A DNA stretch of 64,000 bases from an archaeon (GCA_043801165.1 JAZDMG010000030.1:1025-65024), one strand, 5' to 3'. Shown: positions 18,082-27,758, counted from the stretch's first letter. Numbers and translations: made by a program. Notes: generated by a model from the sequence alone, not told the origin.

Positions 18082-19695
18082 GTGAAAGGATTCATGTTCT
18101 CAAGGAAAGCGAATGTGTTCGCGGCGATGTTCGTCATCATGATAATACTTGCAGCTGTCGGAGTCATAACCTACACGAAGTTCATCCAGAAGGAGGAGAA
18201 TATTGATTATAATTCCATAATCTCAGAAGCTTATAATGCGTTTGAGCGCATATTCTATTCATCAACCTATGCGCTTTCCCAGCAGGGGCTTTCTGTCACT
18301 AGCGGGCTCTGGTATTGCGATGCTGCACCGCATCCACCCAGTTTCGATGAGATCGAGAGCTCTCTCAATTCCATGATAACGAGCAAGCTGATACAGATGG
18401 AATGGAACCAGAAGAAGGGCTCTTACACTGTCAATGTGACGACCCCGGTAATAGATGTTGACTTGAGCGACCCTTCTAATCCGAAGTTGAATATGTCAAA
18501 TCTCTCGATCATTGTCTCCAGCGATGGTGAGCTACGGATCCTCAGCTTCTCAGACGGAAGCCAGTTCCTTGATGGCTCATCCTATGCGTTCATCTCCCCT
18601 GTCCTTGATTGGCTGAGATGCGATGCAGGAAGGCTGACCAAGCGATTGGAGGACATCAACAAAGACAAAGTATGCAAGCTGTATTCTTGCTGCTGTAAAA
18701 AGGCTTCGTCCTTAAATACATTATATGACCAGCTCCATGTAGGTGATATAACCTATGATGAGGTTTATGGTGTGGTCGATGATTCTGTTGCCGTCCTTAA
18801 CCAGTTGTTTGCAGGCGCCCAGTCCTGTGGCGGTACAGGCAACCTGCAGGCTGCTGAAATCTCTTGCAGAGTTGACTATGGAGGATCATTGTTCAATGTG
18901 CTGAATGACATATTCCTGGACACAACCCCTAACGACTGCGGCGACGAAGCTTCTGGCTGCAAGGTCAATCTTCAGGCAGGAGGATCACTCTCGGAATGGA
19001 ATGACGGGATTACTGCACCCTCAGGCGGCTGTCCGACAACTAGGCCGCCGCTAGATGGCATGACTGTATCGGTTGACCTGGATGTGGATCCAGGAGACCC
19101 ACCATACCGGGCTCCTGATAATTATGAGGAAGAGAGATATGAGAATAAGCGTTTCTACTTCAGGGCAGCCATGCACAGGAAGGCAGCTGGAAATGTCAGG
19201 ATTGTCTGTGCATACAAGGACAACCCATCAAAGTCATTCAGCTTCAGGATAAGGTTCAATGTTAGATATAATTGCCAATTCCCAACCCAAAGTGTAACTC
19301 CTGAACCGCCTACGCCCTGTTCAGTCCCTGGCCCGACCGCATGTGACAGCGATGAAGATTGCGGTGAGAGGAACTGCCATAAAATAGTGTGTGATATTCC
19401 AAATCGCAGATGCACCCAGCAGATGGGATCTGCTTTGCCGGACGGATCAAGATGCGGCGATAGAGAATGCGGTGCGACTTGCCAAAGCGGTGCTTGCACT
19501 ACTTTCGGGGGCATATGCTCTGTCAGCTGCGGATCTTATCATCAATCAGCGTCATGCAGCTCAGATGGGGACTGCCCTTTGAGACTGCCGGGAGAATGCT
19601 GCCACAATACTTGGCTTTGCTCATCAGGGCAGGATTGCTGCAGCACCGGCTGCATGGCAAGGACAACCCCGAAATGTGGCGGCGGAGTAGGTTGA
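18082..19695 (+). CDS. Large pilin-like/adhesin protein with class III signal and Cys-rich C-terminus
   Basis: SRKA|NVFAAMFVIMIILAAVG; Pro-rich linker, then dense Cys repeats (CDSDEDC, CSSDGDC). Confidence 0.75.
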   Translation: MKGFMFSRKANVFAAMFVIMIILAAVGVITYTKFIQKEENIDYNSIISEAYNAFERIFYSSTYALSQQGLSVTSGLWYCDAAPHPPSFDEIESSLNSMITSKLIQMEWNQKKGSYTVNVTTPVIDVDLSDPSNPKLNMSNLSIIVSSDGELRILSFSDGSQFLDGSSYAFISPVLDWLRCDAGRLTKRLEDINKDKVCKLYSCCCKKASSLNTLYDQLHVGDITYDEVYGVVDDSVAVLNQLFAGAQSCGGTGNLQAAEISCRVDYGGSLFNVLNDIFLDTTPNDCGDEASGCKVNLQAGGSLSEWNDGITAPSGGCPTTRPPLDGMTVSVDLDVDPGDPPYRAPDNYEEERYENKRFYFRAAMHRKAAGNVRIVCAYKDNPSKSFSFRIRFNVRYNCQFPTQSVTPEPPTPCSVPGPTACDSDEDCGERNCHKIVCDIPNRRCTQQMGSALPDGSRCGDRECGATCQSGACTTFGGICSVSCGSYHQSASCSSDGDCPLRLPGECCHNTWLCSSGQDCCSTGCMARTTPKCGGGVG

Positions 19696-19718
19696 GCTGA
19701 TGGCTGAAGGGACTGAAG

Positions 19719-21167
19719 ATGGCTTTTACTGATGATTTGATAGGAATGATCCTTGTTGTGATTATCGTGATAGTCGCTTCTGTGATATTTAGCACTGACA
19801 TACTGCGGTCTAATGCGAGTGAATTAGAGTCCAGAAGTGAGACCTATCTCCAGGATTATTATTCGACTTCGGTCGATGCTTTTCTGCATATGCGCGATGA
19901 TTTTTCAGGCAGGCCTTTCAATGTGGTCCTGGGGGATTATTACCTCAAGGGAAAATATGTCGGAAACCTTTCAGATCCTGGATTGCTGAAGAATCAGACT
20001 GAGCGATATCTTGATGCCATCTTCGGAGCTGATAATTATTACATGAACATCACTCCCATACAATCAAGCAGTGTTGTCAGCTTTGTTTTTGACGGTTCTG
20101 AAAGCATACAGCAGGAGCGAGAATATTTCGCAGGCCGGATGCAGGATCTGGTGATAGGCCTGAATGATATATTCGAGGGCAGATCAGAACCTGAGGTGAA
20201 AGTGTATATCCTCTCTAAGGAGCCGACAGAGGATGTCTGCTTTGATTTTCCCCCAGAAATGTGCGAGGCCGTCGGCTTCAACGAGCTTTATTATAACAAC
20301 AATCATTTCCAGGTCTTGCCTCCCGGATTCGGAAGGGCTACTTTTGAGGACTGGAGAAGTGACTACCCGAAGCCGTACGCTGCTGATGCGCTGGAATATT
20401 TCTTCGCTGCCGACTGGATCGCAGGAACTCTCTATGCGACAGGAAAATATTTGGATAGGCCTGATGATGCCCAGGGATTTTCAATCCATATAGTCATCCC
20501 TGTATCTGATAAGCTTTCAACTAACTCAATAGCTGACGAATGTTATAATCAATCCGAAAGAGACAATTATCTGGCCTGCGCGCTATGCAAAGAAGACTGC
20601 CCGGTCGAAAGATCGAGCAGATATGCAACCAGCGAGATCACGGCGAAATTAACGGATTCAAGGACGTTTGTTGTCCCAGTCCAGACCAAGAAATGCAGAT
20701 TCTGGTATGACCCATCAAGGTTCAACTATATCGCTAGATCTCCTTATATAGACAGCCTTGGATTAAGTGTCCCGCGTAATCCTCCGCTTCCAAGCCCGAT
20801 CTGCACTCAGACAGCCTGTGTCGGCTGCAAGCCAGGTCTTGGAGTGAGTGATTATTATGATTACTGTTTTCATACCGCCTGCCATCAGGAAGTCACCAAG
20901 GAAATGAAATTCTTTGCTGAAAACACAGGCGGAAAATATCTTGACAGGGACAATATAACTGACCTGCCTAAAGCAATCCTGGATCTGGTCGAAGAAAAAG
21001 TGTCAAAATATCCTCTGCAATTCGGCGTCTATGATCCTCAACGAACAAGATATGTCTTCCAGCGAAAGATATTGCTGCCGAATAATGTGATGATTGATCT
21101 TAACCTAATTGTATATAGGGATCTTTCTGCGGAGGCGGAGGGTGCTGGAGATGCTGATGATATCTAG
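19719..21167 (+). CDS. Membrane-anchored von Willebrand A domain protein (TadG/PilY-like adhesin)
   Basis: N-terminal TM; MIDAS FVFDGSES (DxSxS), IVIPVSD, FAENTGGKY. Confidence 0.75.
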   Translation: MAFTDDLIGMILVVIIVIVASVIFSTDILRSNASELESRSETYLQDYYSTSVDAFLHMRDDFSGRPFNVVLGDYYLKGKYVGNLSDPGLLKNQTERYLDAIFGADNYYMNITPIQSSSVVSFVFDGSESIQQEREYFAGRMQDLVIGLNDIFEGRSEPEVKVYILSKEPTEDVCFDFPPEMCEAVGFNELYYNNNHFQVLPPGFGRATFEDWRSDYPKPYAADALEYFFAADWIAGTLYATGKYLDRPDDAQGFSIHIVIPVSDKLSTNSIADECYNQSERDNYLACALCKEDCPVERSSRYATSEITAKLTDSRTFVVPVQTKKCRFWYDPSRFNYIARSPYIDSLGLSVPRNPPLPSPICTQTACVGCKPGLGVSDYYDYCFHTACHQEVTKEMKFFAENTGGKYLDRDNITDLPKAILDLVEEKVSKYPLQFGVYDPQRTRYVFQRKILLPNNVMIDLNLIVYRDLSAEAEGAGDADDI

Positions 21168-21684
21168 ACCTGACAGAATCCCAAGGAGAGCAGAGCTCAC
21201 CTCACCCATATTCATGTGGCTGGCCATATTCATCTCTGTGATGATAATCGGAGCCTGGTTTGTCAGGCAGATAAGGCCGCTGCAGAGCGAATCCCAGACG
21301 ATAAACTTCGACCTTGAGCAGTTCAAGATAATGATAAGCAACGCCTGCAGCAGCTCTTCATACTACAAGGAATATAATCCCAGGACTGAGAGAGGGTTGT
21401 TCATACTCAATGAGACGAGCATCTGCATTAAGACAGGCGACCTATGCAGTCAGCTGTCAACTTTCACAGTCAGGGACGAGGGAGGTCTTGTCATGGATGA
21501 CGCGTTGGTCAGATGCCTGAACTCAAGCGGAGTGAGGGACTGCGTGATGCTTCCATGCGATGTCAGCAATGTACTGGCAGAGGACCTTTCAAATATCACA
21601 TTTGTCTATGCTGTGAAGGACGGGCCTGTCTCTTTCTACAGCGATAACACCATAGGAGATATCAAGGCAAAGTTCATGGATTGA
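21151..21684 (+). CDS. Pilin-like protein with class III signal
   Basis: PRRA|ELTSPIFMWLAIFISVMII. Confidence 0.7.
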   Translation: MLMISRPDRIPRRAELTSPIFMWLAIFISVMIIGAWFVRQIRPLQSESQTINFDLEQFKIMISNACSSSSYYKEYNPRTERGLFILNETSICIKTGDLCSQLSTFTVRDEGGLVMDDALVRCLNSSGVRDCVMLPCDVSNVLAEDLSNITFVYAVKDGPVSFYSDNTIGDIKAKFMD

Positions 21685-21688
21685 TGCG

Positions 21689-22132
21689 ATGATGAACAAA
21701 AGAATGACGGATTGCGAAAGGATTGGATCGAAAAAGGGTTTCTTCTCGATAATCACAGCCTTCTTCTTCATAATCGTGATAGTATTCTCGCTGATCGCTT
21801 TCATATGGATATACAACTCAATCTTCGCAGTCAGCTCGCGTGCCAGCTCATTGTCAGAGAAGATGATAGATGCCAAGCTGCTAAAGGACAACCTCCTGAT
21901 ATGCCATGGAGCGCCGTATCTCATCGAGTCAAAGCTCCTGAGCGACGAATGCCCGTTCTCTGGCGTGACAGGCTATAGCGTCCTCCAGCAGCCATTGTTC
22001 GGCTGCGCGCAGAAGGAATTCTCCAAGGGCAATCCTGATGATGTCAACTGCCCGAAGTACGCCTATTACGTCGACGTCAAGCAGCAAGACTCTGAGCAGA
22101 TGTGCCTTGCGAAGCTGATAATCTGCGTCTGA
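21689..22132 (+). CDS. Pilin-like protein with class III signal
   Basis: SKKG|FFSIITAFFFIIVIVF. Confidence 0.7.
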   Translation: MMNKRMTDCERIGSKKGFFSIITAFFFIIVIVFSLIAFIWIYNSIFAVSSRASSLSEKMIDAKLLKDNLLICHGAPYLIESKLLSDECPFSGVTGYSVLQQPLFGCAQKEFSKGNPDDVNCPKYAYYVDVKQQDSEQMCLAKLIICV

Positions 22133-22167
22133 GATGAATATAGACGTTAGAGAAAGAAAAATTTCTT

Positions 22168-22620
22168 CTACTCACTAACTTTCACAATGCTCAGCTTCCT
22201 TGTCGCAGGCACGCATTTTATGGTGACTACAGCAGGCAGGACTATCTCCTCCATATCGACATCCTCCCTTGAGCCGCAGCTCCTGGAGGCTGATTGTATA
22301 GAGTAGCACATGTTGAGCTTCAGGAATGTCTGGAACAATTCATCAAGGTTTATGGTGCCTGACTGGGCCTGGTTGCTCTCGACCTGCAATGTCAATGATG
22401 ATTCTGTCGCTCCAAGGCCGCAATCCTCCCAGACCTTGTAGGTGTTGGAGGCCAGGTCTTCCTTGTTTATGGTCTTGAACTTCAGCTCCCTGTCGCCGAA
22501 GAACGAGTCATGGATCTTCTCATATATGTCCTTTGGGCTGATGCCTGCGACGAACATTATTATCATGCTGCCGATTATCAGCGCGACGCCGATGTATACT
22601 GTGACCTCGATAGTTTCCAT
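22168..22620 (-). CDS. Pilin-like protein (no basic leader)
   Basis: METIEVTVYIGVALIIGSMII followed by a Cys-containing domain; SD GGTGA upstream. Confidence 0.65.
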   Translation of the reverse strand: METIEVTVYIGVALIIGSMIIMFVAGISPKDIYEKIHDSFFGDRELKFKTINKEDLASNTYKVWEDCGLGATESSLTLQVESNQAQSGTINLDELFQTFLKLNMCYSIQSASRSCGSREDVDMEEIVLPAVVTIKCVPATRKLSIVKVSE

Positions 22621-22627
22621 ATCATCA

Positions 22628-22720
22628 TCACCTTATGAGCTGGATAACCAGCCCTATCATTATGAAGAACGCCACCAATGAGACAACGATGCCTATGACT
22701 GTCATGATCGTCCTTGACAT
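22628..22720 (-). CDS. 30-aa hydrophobic Flp-like micro-protein
   Basis: MSRTIMTVIGIVVSLVAFFIMIGLVIQLIR*; TATA (tttataaa) about 25 nt upstream; 7 nt from next pilin-like gene. Confidence 0.55.
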   Translation of the reverse strand: MSRTIMTVIGIVVSLVAFFIMIGLVIQLIR

Positions 22721-22784
22721 AAGGTCTATCTTTAGAAAACGAGTTTATAAAACTTTTCTAAACTGCTGCCGGCATTGGCAATAA

Positions 22785-24089
22785 TCAGGGCTTTTCCTTC
22801 TCTTCCTCATCATCCTTGTCTTTGTCGTTATCATCGTCAGGATAGGCGTCCTCGGCTGACCGGCTCTTGTCCTCTCTGTGCTTTCCGAAGATATCATTGC
22901 TCTTCTGGCTGCCGGTGCTCGCAGGCTCTTCATCTGATCCTGCTCCTTCAGCAGCAGGCACTTCTTCCTCGGCAACTTCCTTCTTCCTGAAGAGCTCATC
23001 CTGATCGTTATCATCATTCTTCTTGCTGAGCATGTTGATCTGGTCATCGATCTTCTTCAGGAAATCATTGTCTGGCTTGAACATCTCCTTGGCAGGCTTG
23101 ACATCCTCTCCTGCGTCAGATACACTGCTTCCTGCTTCTCCTTCAGGAGTGTCCACAACTTCGAAATCACCCAGCATCTTCTTCTCTGCGCCAGGCTTTC
23201 CTTCCTCTTCGATCCTCTTTGCCTCTTCAGGCAGGTCAACCACTGGAAGGTTCCCTAGCTTGGTAAGCTTCTTCTCCTTTGGCTTGGCATCCTTCAATGC
23301 CTCCTTCAGGCTCCTGTCGCCCTGGACATCAAAGTACTCGTAGCATTTAGGAGTGAGACCCAGCTCAAAGCTCCTGCCTTTCTTGCGTTTCTCGACAAAG
23401 CCGCCTTCCATCAGCACTCCTATGTGCTCATAGGCATTGGTCCCTCTCATCCTGATGACCTCTGCCTGCACTATCGGCGCCTTGAAGGCTATGATTGACA
23501 ATGTCTCAAGGACAGGGAAAGGCAGCTCAGTGTCAGCCACGATCTTTGTGACGAGGTGGATGTATCTCTCTCGTACATTGAGTTTCCAGCTCTCGTTTGC
23601 CTGGACAAGCACCAGGCTTGTATCCCTGGCATCATAGTCTGCTTTCAGCTCCTCGAGAGTCTTCCTGACTGCCTTGGGAGTGTTATTCGTCAGCTCTGCG
23701 AGCTCCTTCTCTGTCATCATCTTTCCCGACGAGAAAAGCAATGACTCAATCTCTTTCTTCAACTCAGCGCCCTCAAGCTGCTTAGGCATCATTATCCTCT
23801 CGGGCATGACAGGCTGGTCTATCCGCCGCTCCTCAACTGCTTTCTTCTCTTCAAGCTTCTCGATAGAAACAGGAGTGGGGATTGGAATTGTCGGAGTTGC
23901 TGGAGCTATCTTCGGCTCAGCGATCGCTGGCGCTTTCGGAGCAGGAGGAACCGATGCTATTGTCTTCGTATTTTTCTCCTCTTTAACAGCAGCTTTTGAA
24001 TTCTCTTTCTTAGGATTCAGCTCAACCTTCTTCTGCACAGCAGGAGAGGGCCATTTCATCTTCTTCTTAGAAATTGCGATAGTACTCAT
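22785..24089 (-). CDS. scpB: SMC-Scp complex subunit ScpB with long disordered N- and C-terminal extensions
   Basis: IESLLFSSG...LEELKADY...LETLSIIAFKAPIVQAEVIRMRG...GLTPKCYEYF. Confidence 0.88.
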   Translation of the reverse strand: MSTIAISKKKMKWPSPAVQKKVELNPKKENSKAAVKEEKNTKTIASVPPAPKAPAIAEPKIAPATPTIPIPTPVSIEKLEEKKAVEERRIDQPVMPERIMMPKQLEGAELKKEIESLLFSSGKMMTEKELAELTNNTPKAVRKTLEELKADYDARDTSLVLVQANESWKLNVRERYIHLVTKIVADTELPFPVLETLSIIAFKAPIVQAEVIRMRGTNAYEHIGVLMEGGFVEKRKKGRSFELGLTPKCYEYFDVQGDRSLKEALKDAKPKEKKLTKLGNLPVVDLPEEAKRIEEEGKPGAEKKMLGDFEVVDTPEGEAGSSVSDAGEDVKPAKEMFKPDNDFLKKIDDQINMLSKKNDDNDQDELFRKKEVAEEEVPAAEGAGSDEEPASTGSQKSNDIFGKHREDKSRSAEDAYPDDDNDKDKDDEEEKEKP

Positions 24090-24669
24090 CACCTTTCTTC
24101 TCCAGCTTCTGGGCCTTGACAAGGGCTTCAAAGAACGGATGGAGCTGTTCGACAGGGATGCCTGTCTTCTCGCTTATCTGTTCAGGAGAATGATGATGCT
24201 CTGCTGCCAGCAGCATCGTGTTCTGGATCATGGCATTCATGTTCTTGACAAAGAGGTCTTCCTTGGCAGTCGCCTGCCTGACGGTGGCAGAGATCTCGTG
24301 CAGCTTTGCCAGGAGGTCATTGAGCCAAAGGGTGAGGTCCTTGTCCCTGAACTTAAGCTCAGCAGGCGCTATTATCTCGATGCTCGCTGGCATGAAGTTG
24401 ATGCAGAGCCAGACAAACTTCTCAAGATCAGGGAAGAGCATCTCTGTCTCTACGTAGGTGCTCCAGAGCCCGCCTTCAGGGGTCTCCTCTGTCTCGCCGT
24501 AGTCCTCGCTAAGGATTGTTATAAAGCTGTCCTTTCTTATGTTGTCAACAAAATCATGGATGGTCTTATCGACATGCTCCTTTGGGCTGCCCAGCACCTC
24601 AAAGGCCACCTGGGCGAGGATAGACCCTTTCCCGATCCTTTTCTGGATTTCCTTATCGTCCATGGCCAT
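24067..24669 (-). CDS. Hypothetical protein co-transcribed with scpB
   Basis: 200 aa, FEVLGSPKEHV, FMPASIEIIAP; C-terminal HTH-like segment. Confidence 0.8.
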   Translation of the reverse strand: MAMDDKEIQKRIGKGSILAQVAFEVLGSPKEHVDKTIHDFVDNIRKDSFITILSEDYGETEETPEGGLWSTYVETEMLFPDLEKFVWLCINFMPASIEIIAPAELKFRDKDLTLWLNDLLAKLHEISATVRQATAKEDLFVKNMNAMIQNTMLLAAEHHHSPEQISEKTGIPVEQLHPFFEALVKAQKLEKKGDEYYRNF

Positions 24670-24706
24670 GATTGAAGCGAAGGGGTTATTTAAAGCTATC
24701 GCAGGA

Positions 24707-26530
24707 TCACTTTCTCTTCAGCAGAGAGAGCGCTATGATGGCGATGAGCATGACAAAGACCAGTATGTAGGGAGCATAGCTCGTCAGGCGCTTGTTGCTT
24801 GACTCATACACTACCTTGCCTGTCAGGGGATCTGCTGTCTTTGTGGAGTTCTGCACCGGCTGCTCGTCAACCATGCCAGGCTCCACAAAAGAGCTTTTCT
24901 CAGCACCAACTTCTTTCTCCTCGATGCTGAAGTTAGCCTCCAGGATCTTCGTGTCGATGACGATGCCTTCATCCAGCAGCTCAAGGGTGAATGTGTTGCT
25001 GCCGGGCTCTGCCTTGGCATAGATGCTGATGGTGCCTGAGCTGTTGATCTCAAGCTTCTGCTCCTCAAGGCTGCTTCCCAGCAGGAGCTCAAGCTCTTCA
25101 GCTTTCACATCCTTTCCGAGGTTTATGTTGGCGTAGAGCGTTACGTTATTCCGCCATTTCTTTGTGCGGGTGTAGAAAGAGGCTATCTTGGCTGTCTCTT
25201 TCTTGCTCTCAGGAATCTTCACCAGCTCTATTGAGCTTGTCTTGCTGGCTGAGCTGGTCGTGCCTGTCGAGCTTGTTGTCGTCTTGCTGGAAGAGCTGGC
25301 AGAAGGGCATGAGCATTTCTCTTTCTCTGCTGGCTGCCACTCAGAGTACTTGACGATGAACAGGCTTCCTGATTCTTCCACAGCGCCGCTGTTGTTGCAG
25401 TCAACAAAGACTAGTCTTGCCTTGGCGATCATGACCTGGTCCTTGTCGGCGATCTTCGGGGTGAATGATTTCTTTGTCAGCAGAGAGGTGCTACGCTTTG
25501 CTTTGGTCTCACTGCCGAACATGTCCTCGACCCAGTATTCTATGATGAACTCATGGCTCTTGTTGGTAAGCATGATCGTGATATCCATCGCCTCTCCATT
25601 CTCATAGATCATCTTGTCCGTGGTTATGTTTATGCTGATAGAGCACAGGTTCGGCACTGGATTTGTCGCGTTGGTGATGTTGCTGTTGTTACCGGTGTTG
25701 TTGGTAGCGTTGGTCGTGACGTTGATCGTTGCATTGGTCACGTTCGCTGTGATGTTGATGGTATTGTTGATTGTCACATTGATCGTTTCATTGGCAGTCG
25801 CATTGGTGGTCTCATTGATGACAGGAACGGTCTCGTTGATGCTCACATTGATAGTCTGATTCATCGTTTCATTGATGCTGATGTTCATCGTTTCGTTTAT
25901 TGTAACGTTAATCGTCTGGTTGATCGTTTCGTTCATGGTCACATTCACAGTGATGTTGATGCTCGTGTTCGTGGTCTCATTGATCGAGATGTTGATTGTC
26001 TCATTCACTGTCTCATTGATTGCTGGAACGCAGTTCGGAAGACAGGGGCTTCCGCCTATAGCGCATGATTCCTGCCAGCTATTGTTTGTCAAGCCGATGA
26101 TGAGCTCCATAGAGCGATTGTTGTTGTTGGCCAGGCTGCCATCGTAGCTCATGGAGTCGACAACGGTTCCGTTGCTGTAAAGATATATTGAGTCAATGTC
26201 GTTGTTGAGATTGTTGCCGATGGTCGAGCCTGCGCTGTAGATGCTGCAGTTGAGGCCTGAATGGTTGAAGCCTTCCTCGACGATAAGGCTGTAGCTGCCA
26301 GGGATGTATTTCAGCAGCACAAGGCTGTCGTTGGAGCTTGAATCCCCAATTGTGTAGCCTGACAGGTTGTCAATGCCAAATATCTCGATGAATTCTTTGT
26401 TGTTGTCATCGCCGATTGGGTTGTACATCACTTCGTTGATGTTCAGGCCCTGTGCGCAGGGGACTAGGACGAGGCACAGGATCATGTTTGCGACGATGTA
26501 CACGATTGTGATAAATCCTTTTTTCAGCAT
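24707..26530 (-). CDS. Lamin-tail-domain surface glycoprotein with sequon-repeat stalk and C-terminal TM anchor
   Basis: Signal peptide; INEVMYNP.GDD..EFIEI, LNNDID.I.L (LTD); repeated N-x-T/S; C-terminal hydrophobic helix + KRK. Confidence 0.85.
   Translation of the reverse strand: MLKKGFITIVYIVANMILCLVLVPCAQGLNINEVMYNPIGDDNNKEFIEIFGIDNLSGYTIGDSSSNDSLVLLKYIPGSYSLIVEEGFNHSGLNCSIYSAGSTIGNNLNNDIDSIYLYSNGTVVDSMSYDGSLANNNNRSMELIIGLTNNSWQESCAIGGSPCLPNCVPAINETVNETINISINETTNTSINITVNVTMNETINQTINVTINETMNISINETMNQTINVSINETVPVINETTNATANETINVTINNTINITANVTNATINVTTNATNNTGNNSNITNATNPVPNLCSISINITTDKMIYENGEAMDITIMLTNKSHEFIIEYWVEDMFGSETKAKRSTSLLTKKSFTPKIADKDQVMIAKARLVFVDCNNSGAVEESGSLFIVKYSEWQPAEKEKCSCPSASSSSKTTTSSTGTTSSASKTSSIELVKIPESKKETAKIASFYTRTKKWRNNVTLYANINLGKDVKAEELELLLGSSLEEQKLEINSSGTISIYAKAEPGSNTFTLELLDEGIVIDTKILEANFSIEEKEVGAEKSSFVEPGMVDEQPVQNSTKTADPLTGKVVYESSNKRLTSYAPYILVFVMLIAIIALSLLKRK
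25664..26017 (-). repeat. Degenerate 12-nt (N-x-T/S-x) coding repeat
   Basis: INETVNETINISINETTNTSINITVNVTMNET...; about 30 sequons in about 118 aa. Confidence 0.9.
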
Positions 26531-26627
26531 CTGACGCTTTGCTAAAGAACTTCATTAAATAATGCTACCATAGAATTCTGTAGGAAAAAACATAGCTTTC
26601 GGAGATTGTTCGAGAAAGTTCTGTCGC

Positions 26628-27635
26628 CTATTTCCAAACCCCGCTTATCTTATGCTTGCACTTAGGGCATCTGCCTGATTTGAGCTTGTTCTCAAGAACA
26701 TTCATCATGCTGCGCTTTATCAATAATGCATCACATTTCAGGCAGTGGGTGTTGCTTTCGCCTGTGACATTGCCGATGTAGACATAGTCAAGGTGCTTCC
26801 TAGCGATCTCCTGCGCCTTCTCAAGGGTTGCCAGCGGAGTCGGCTCAGCGTCTGTGAGCTTGTAATCAGGATGGAACCTTGAGAAATGCAAAGGCACATC
26901 CTTGCCGAGCTCTTTGGCGATCCATCGGCACATCTCCTCTATCTGATTCATATCATCGTTGAGCCCCGGGATAATAAGATTGGTTATCTCAAGCCAGACG
27001 CCTTTCTCCCTGAGTATCTTGAGGGTGTTCAGCACAGGAGCCAATGATCCTTTGCAGCTCTTGGCATAGAACTCTTCTGTGAAACCTTTCAGGTCGATGT
27101 TGGCTCCGTCTATATATTCGCAGAGCTCCTTCAATGGCTGCTCATTGATGTAGCCGTTGCTGACGACGGTGTTCTTTATGCCTGCCTTCTTCGCCAGCTT
27201 TGCGATGTCAAGCATGTACTCATAGAATATTGTCGGCTCTGTGTAGGTGTAGCTTATGATCTTGCAGTCATTCTTCTTGCAGAGCTTAAGGGCCTGCTCT
27301 GGCAGCAGCTCTGATTCCTGTGCGATGGTCTCTGCATCTACCTCTGCCTTGCTTATCTGCCAGTTCTGGCAGAACTCACAGAAGAAGTTGCAGCCGACTG
27401 TCGCTATGCTGAAAGCATGCTCTCCTGGCAGGAGATGATAAAAGGGCTTCTTCTCGATGGGATCGACATGCACTGCGCAGGGGCGAGCATAAACTAGCGA
27501 GAAAAGCCTGCCATCGATGTTCTTCCTGACTTTGCAGGAGCCAAGGCTGCCTGGCTTTATGGTGCACTGCCTAGGGCAGAGGACACACCTGACAAGCTTG
27601 TCATCCAGCTTCTCGTAGTGGAGGGCTTCTTTCAT
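26628..27635 (-). CDS. amrS: AmmeMemoRadiSam system radical SAM enzyme
   Basis: CVLCPRQC, DPIEKKPFYH, CNFFCEFCQNWQIS, YTYTEPTIFYEY, PLHFSRFHPDY. Confidence 0.93.
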   Translation of the reverse strand: MKEALHYEKLDDKLVRCVLCPRQCTIKPGSLGSCKVRKNIDGRLFSLVYARPCAVHVDPIEKKPFYHLLPGEHAFSIATVGCNFFCEFCQNWQISKAEVDAETIAQESELLPEQALKLCKKNDCKIISYTYTEPTIFYEYMLDIAKLAKKAGIKNTVVSNGYINEQPLKELCEYIDGANIDLKGFTEEFYAKSCKGSLAPVLNTLKILREKGVWLEITNLIIPGLNDDMNQIEEMCRWIAKELGKDVPLHFSRFHPDYKLTDAEPTPLATLEKAQEIARKHLDYVYIGNVTGESNTHCLKCDALLIKRSMMNVLENKLKSGRCPKCKHKISGVWK

Positions 27636-27758
27636 GCATAAGGGAAAAGATGGTTTTCTTTTAATGTTTTGTCAATGATTTATTTGTGACGGGCGAACAG
27701 TAAGATTTAAATAGTATCAAGGAAATATACTTGTAAAAAGAGGGTTGAAAAGAGGTGG

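Noticed and set aside
22622-22630. Triple TGA as a recoding/readthrough site
   Set aside because: Downstream gene is in another frame; GGTGA here is better explained as its SD sequence
11950-22720. Archaellum operon
   Set aside because: No recognisable archaellin, ArlH, ArlF/G or chemotaxis genes
23674-24675. 333-aa plus-strand ORF and similar long antisense ORFs (895..1359, 8616..9212, 28268..29176, 30860..31441, 46506..47150)
   Set aside because: Shadows of well-supported opposite-strand genes; Ser/Phe/Leu-rich composition typical of antisense frames
26628-27635. AmrS as part of a local RiPP or novel radical-SAM cluster
   Set aside because: Standard AmmeMemoRadiSam enzyme; no precursor peptide or partner genes adjacent
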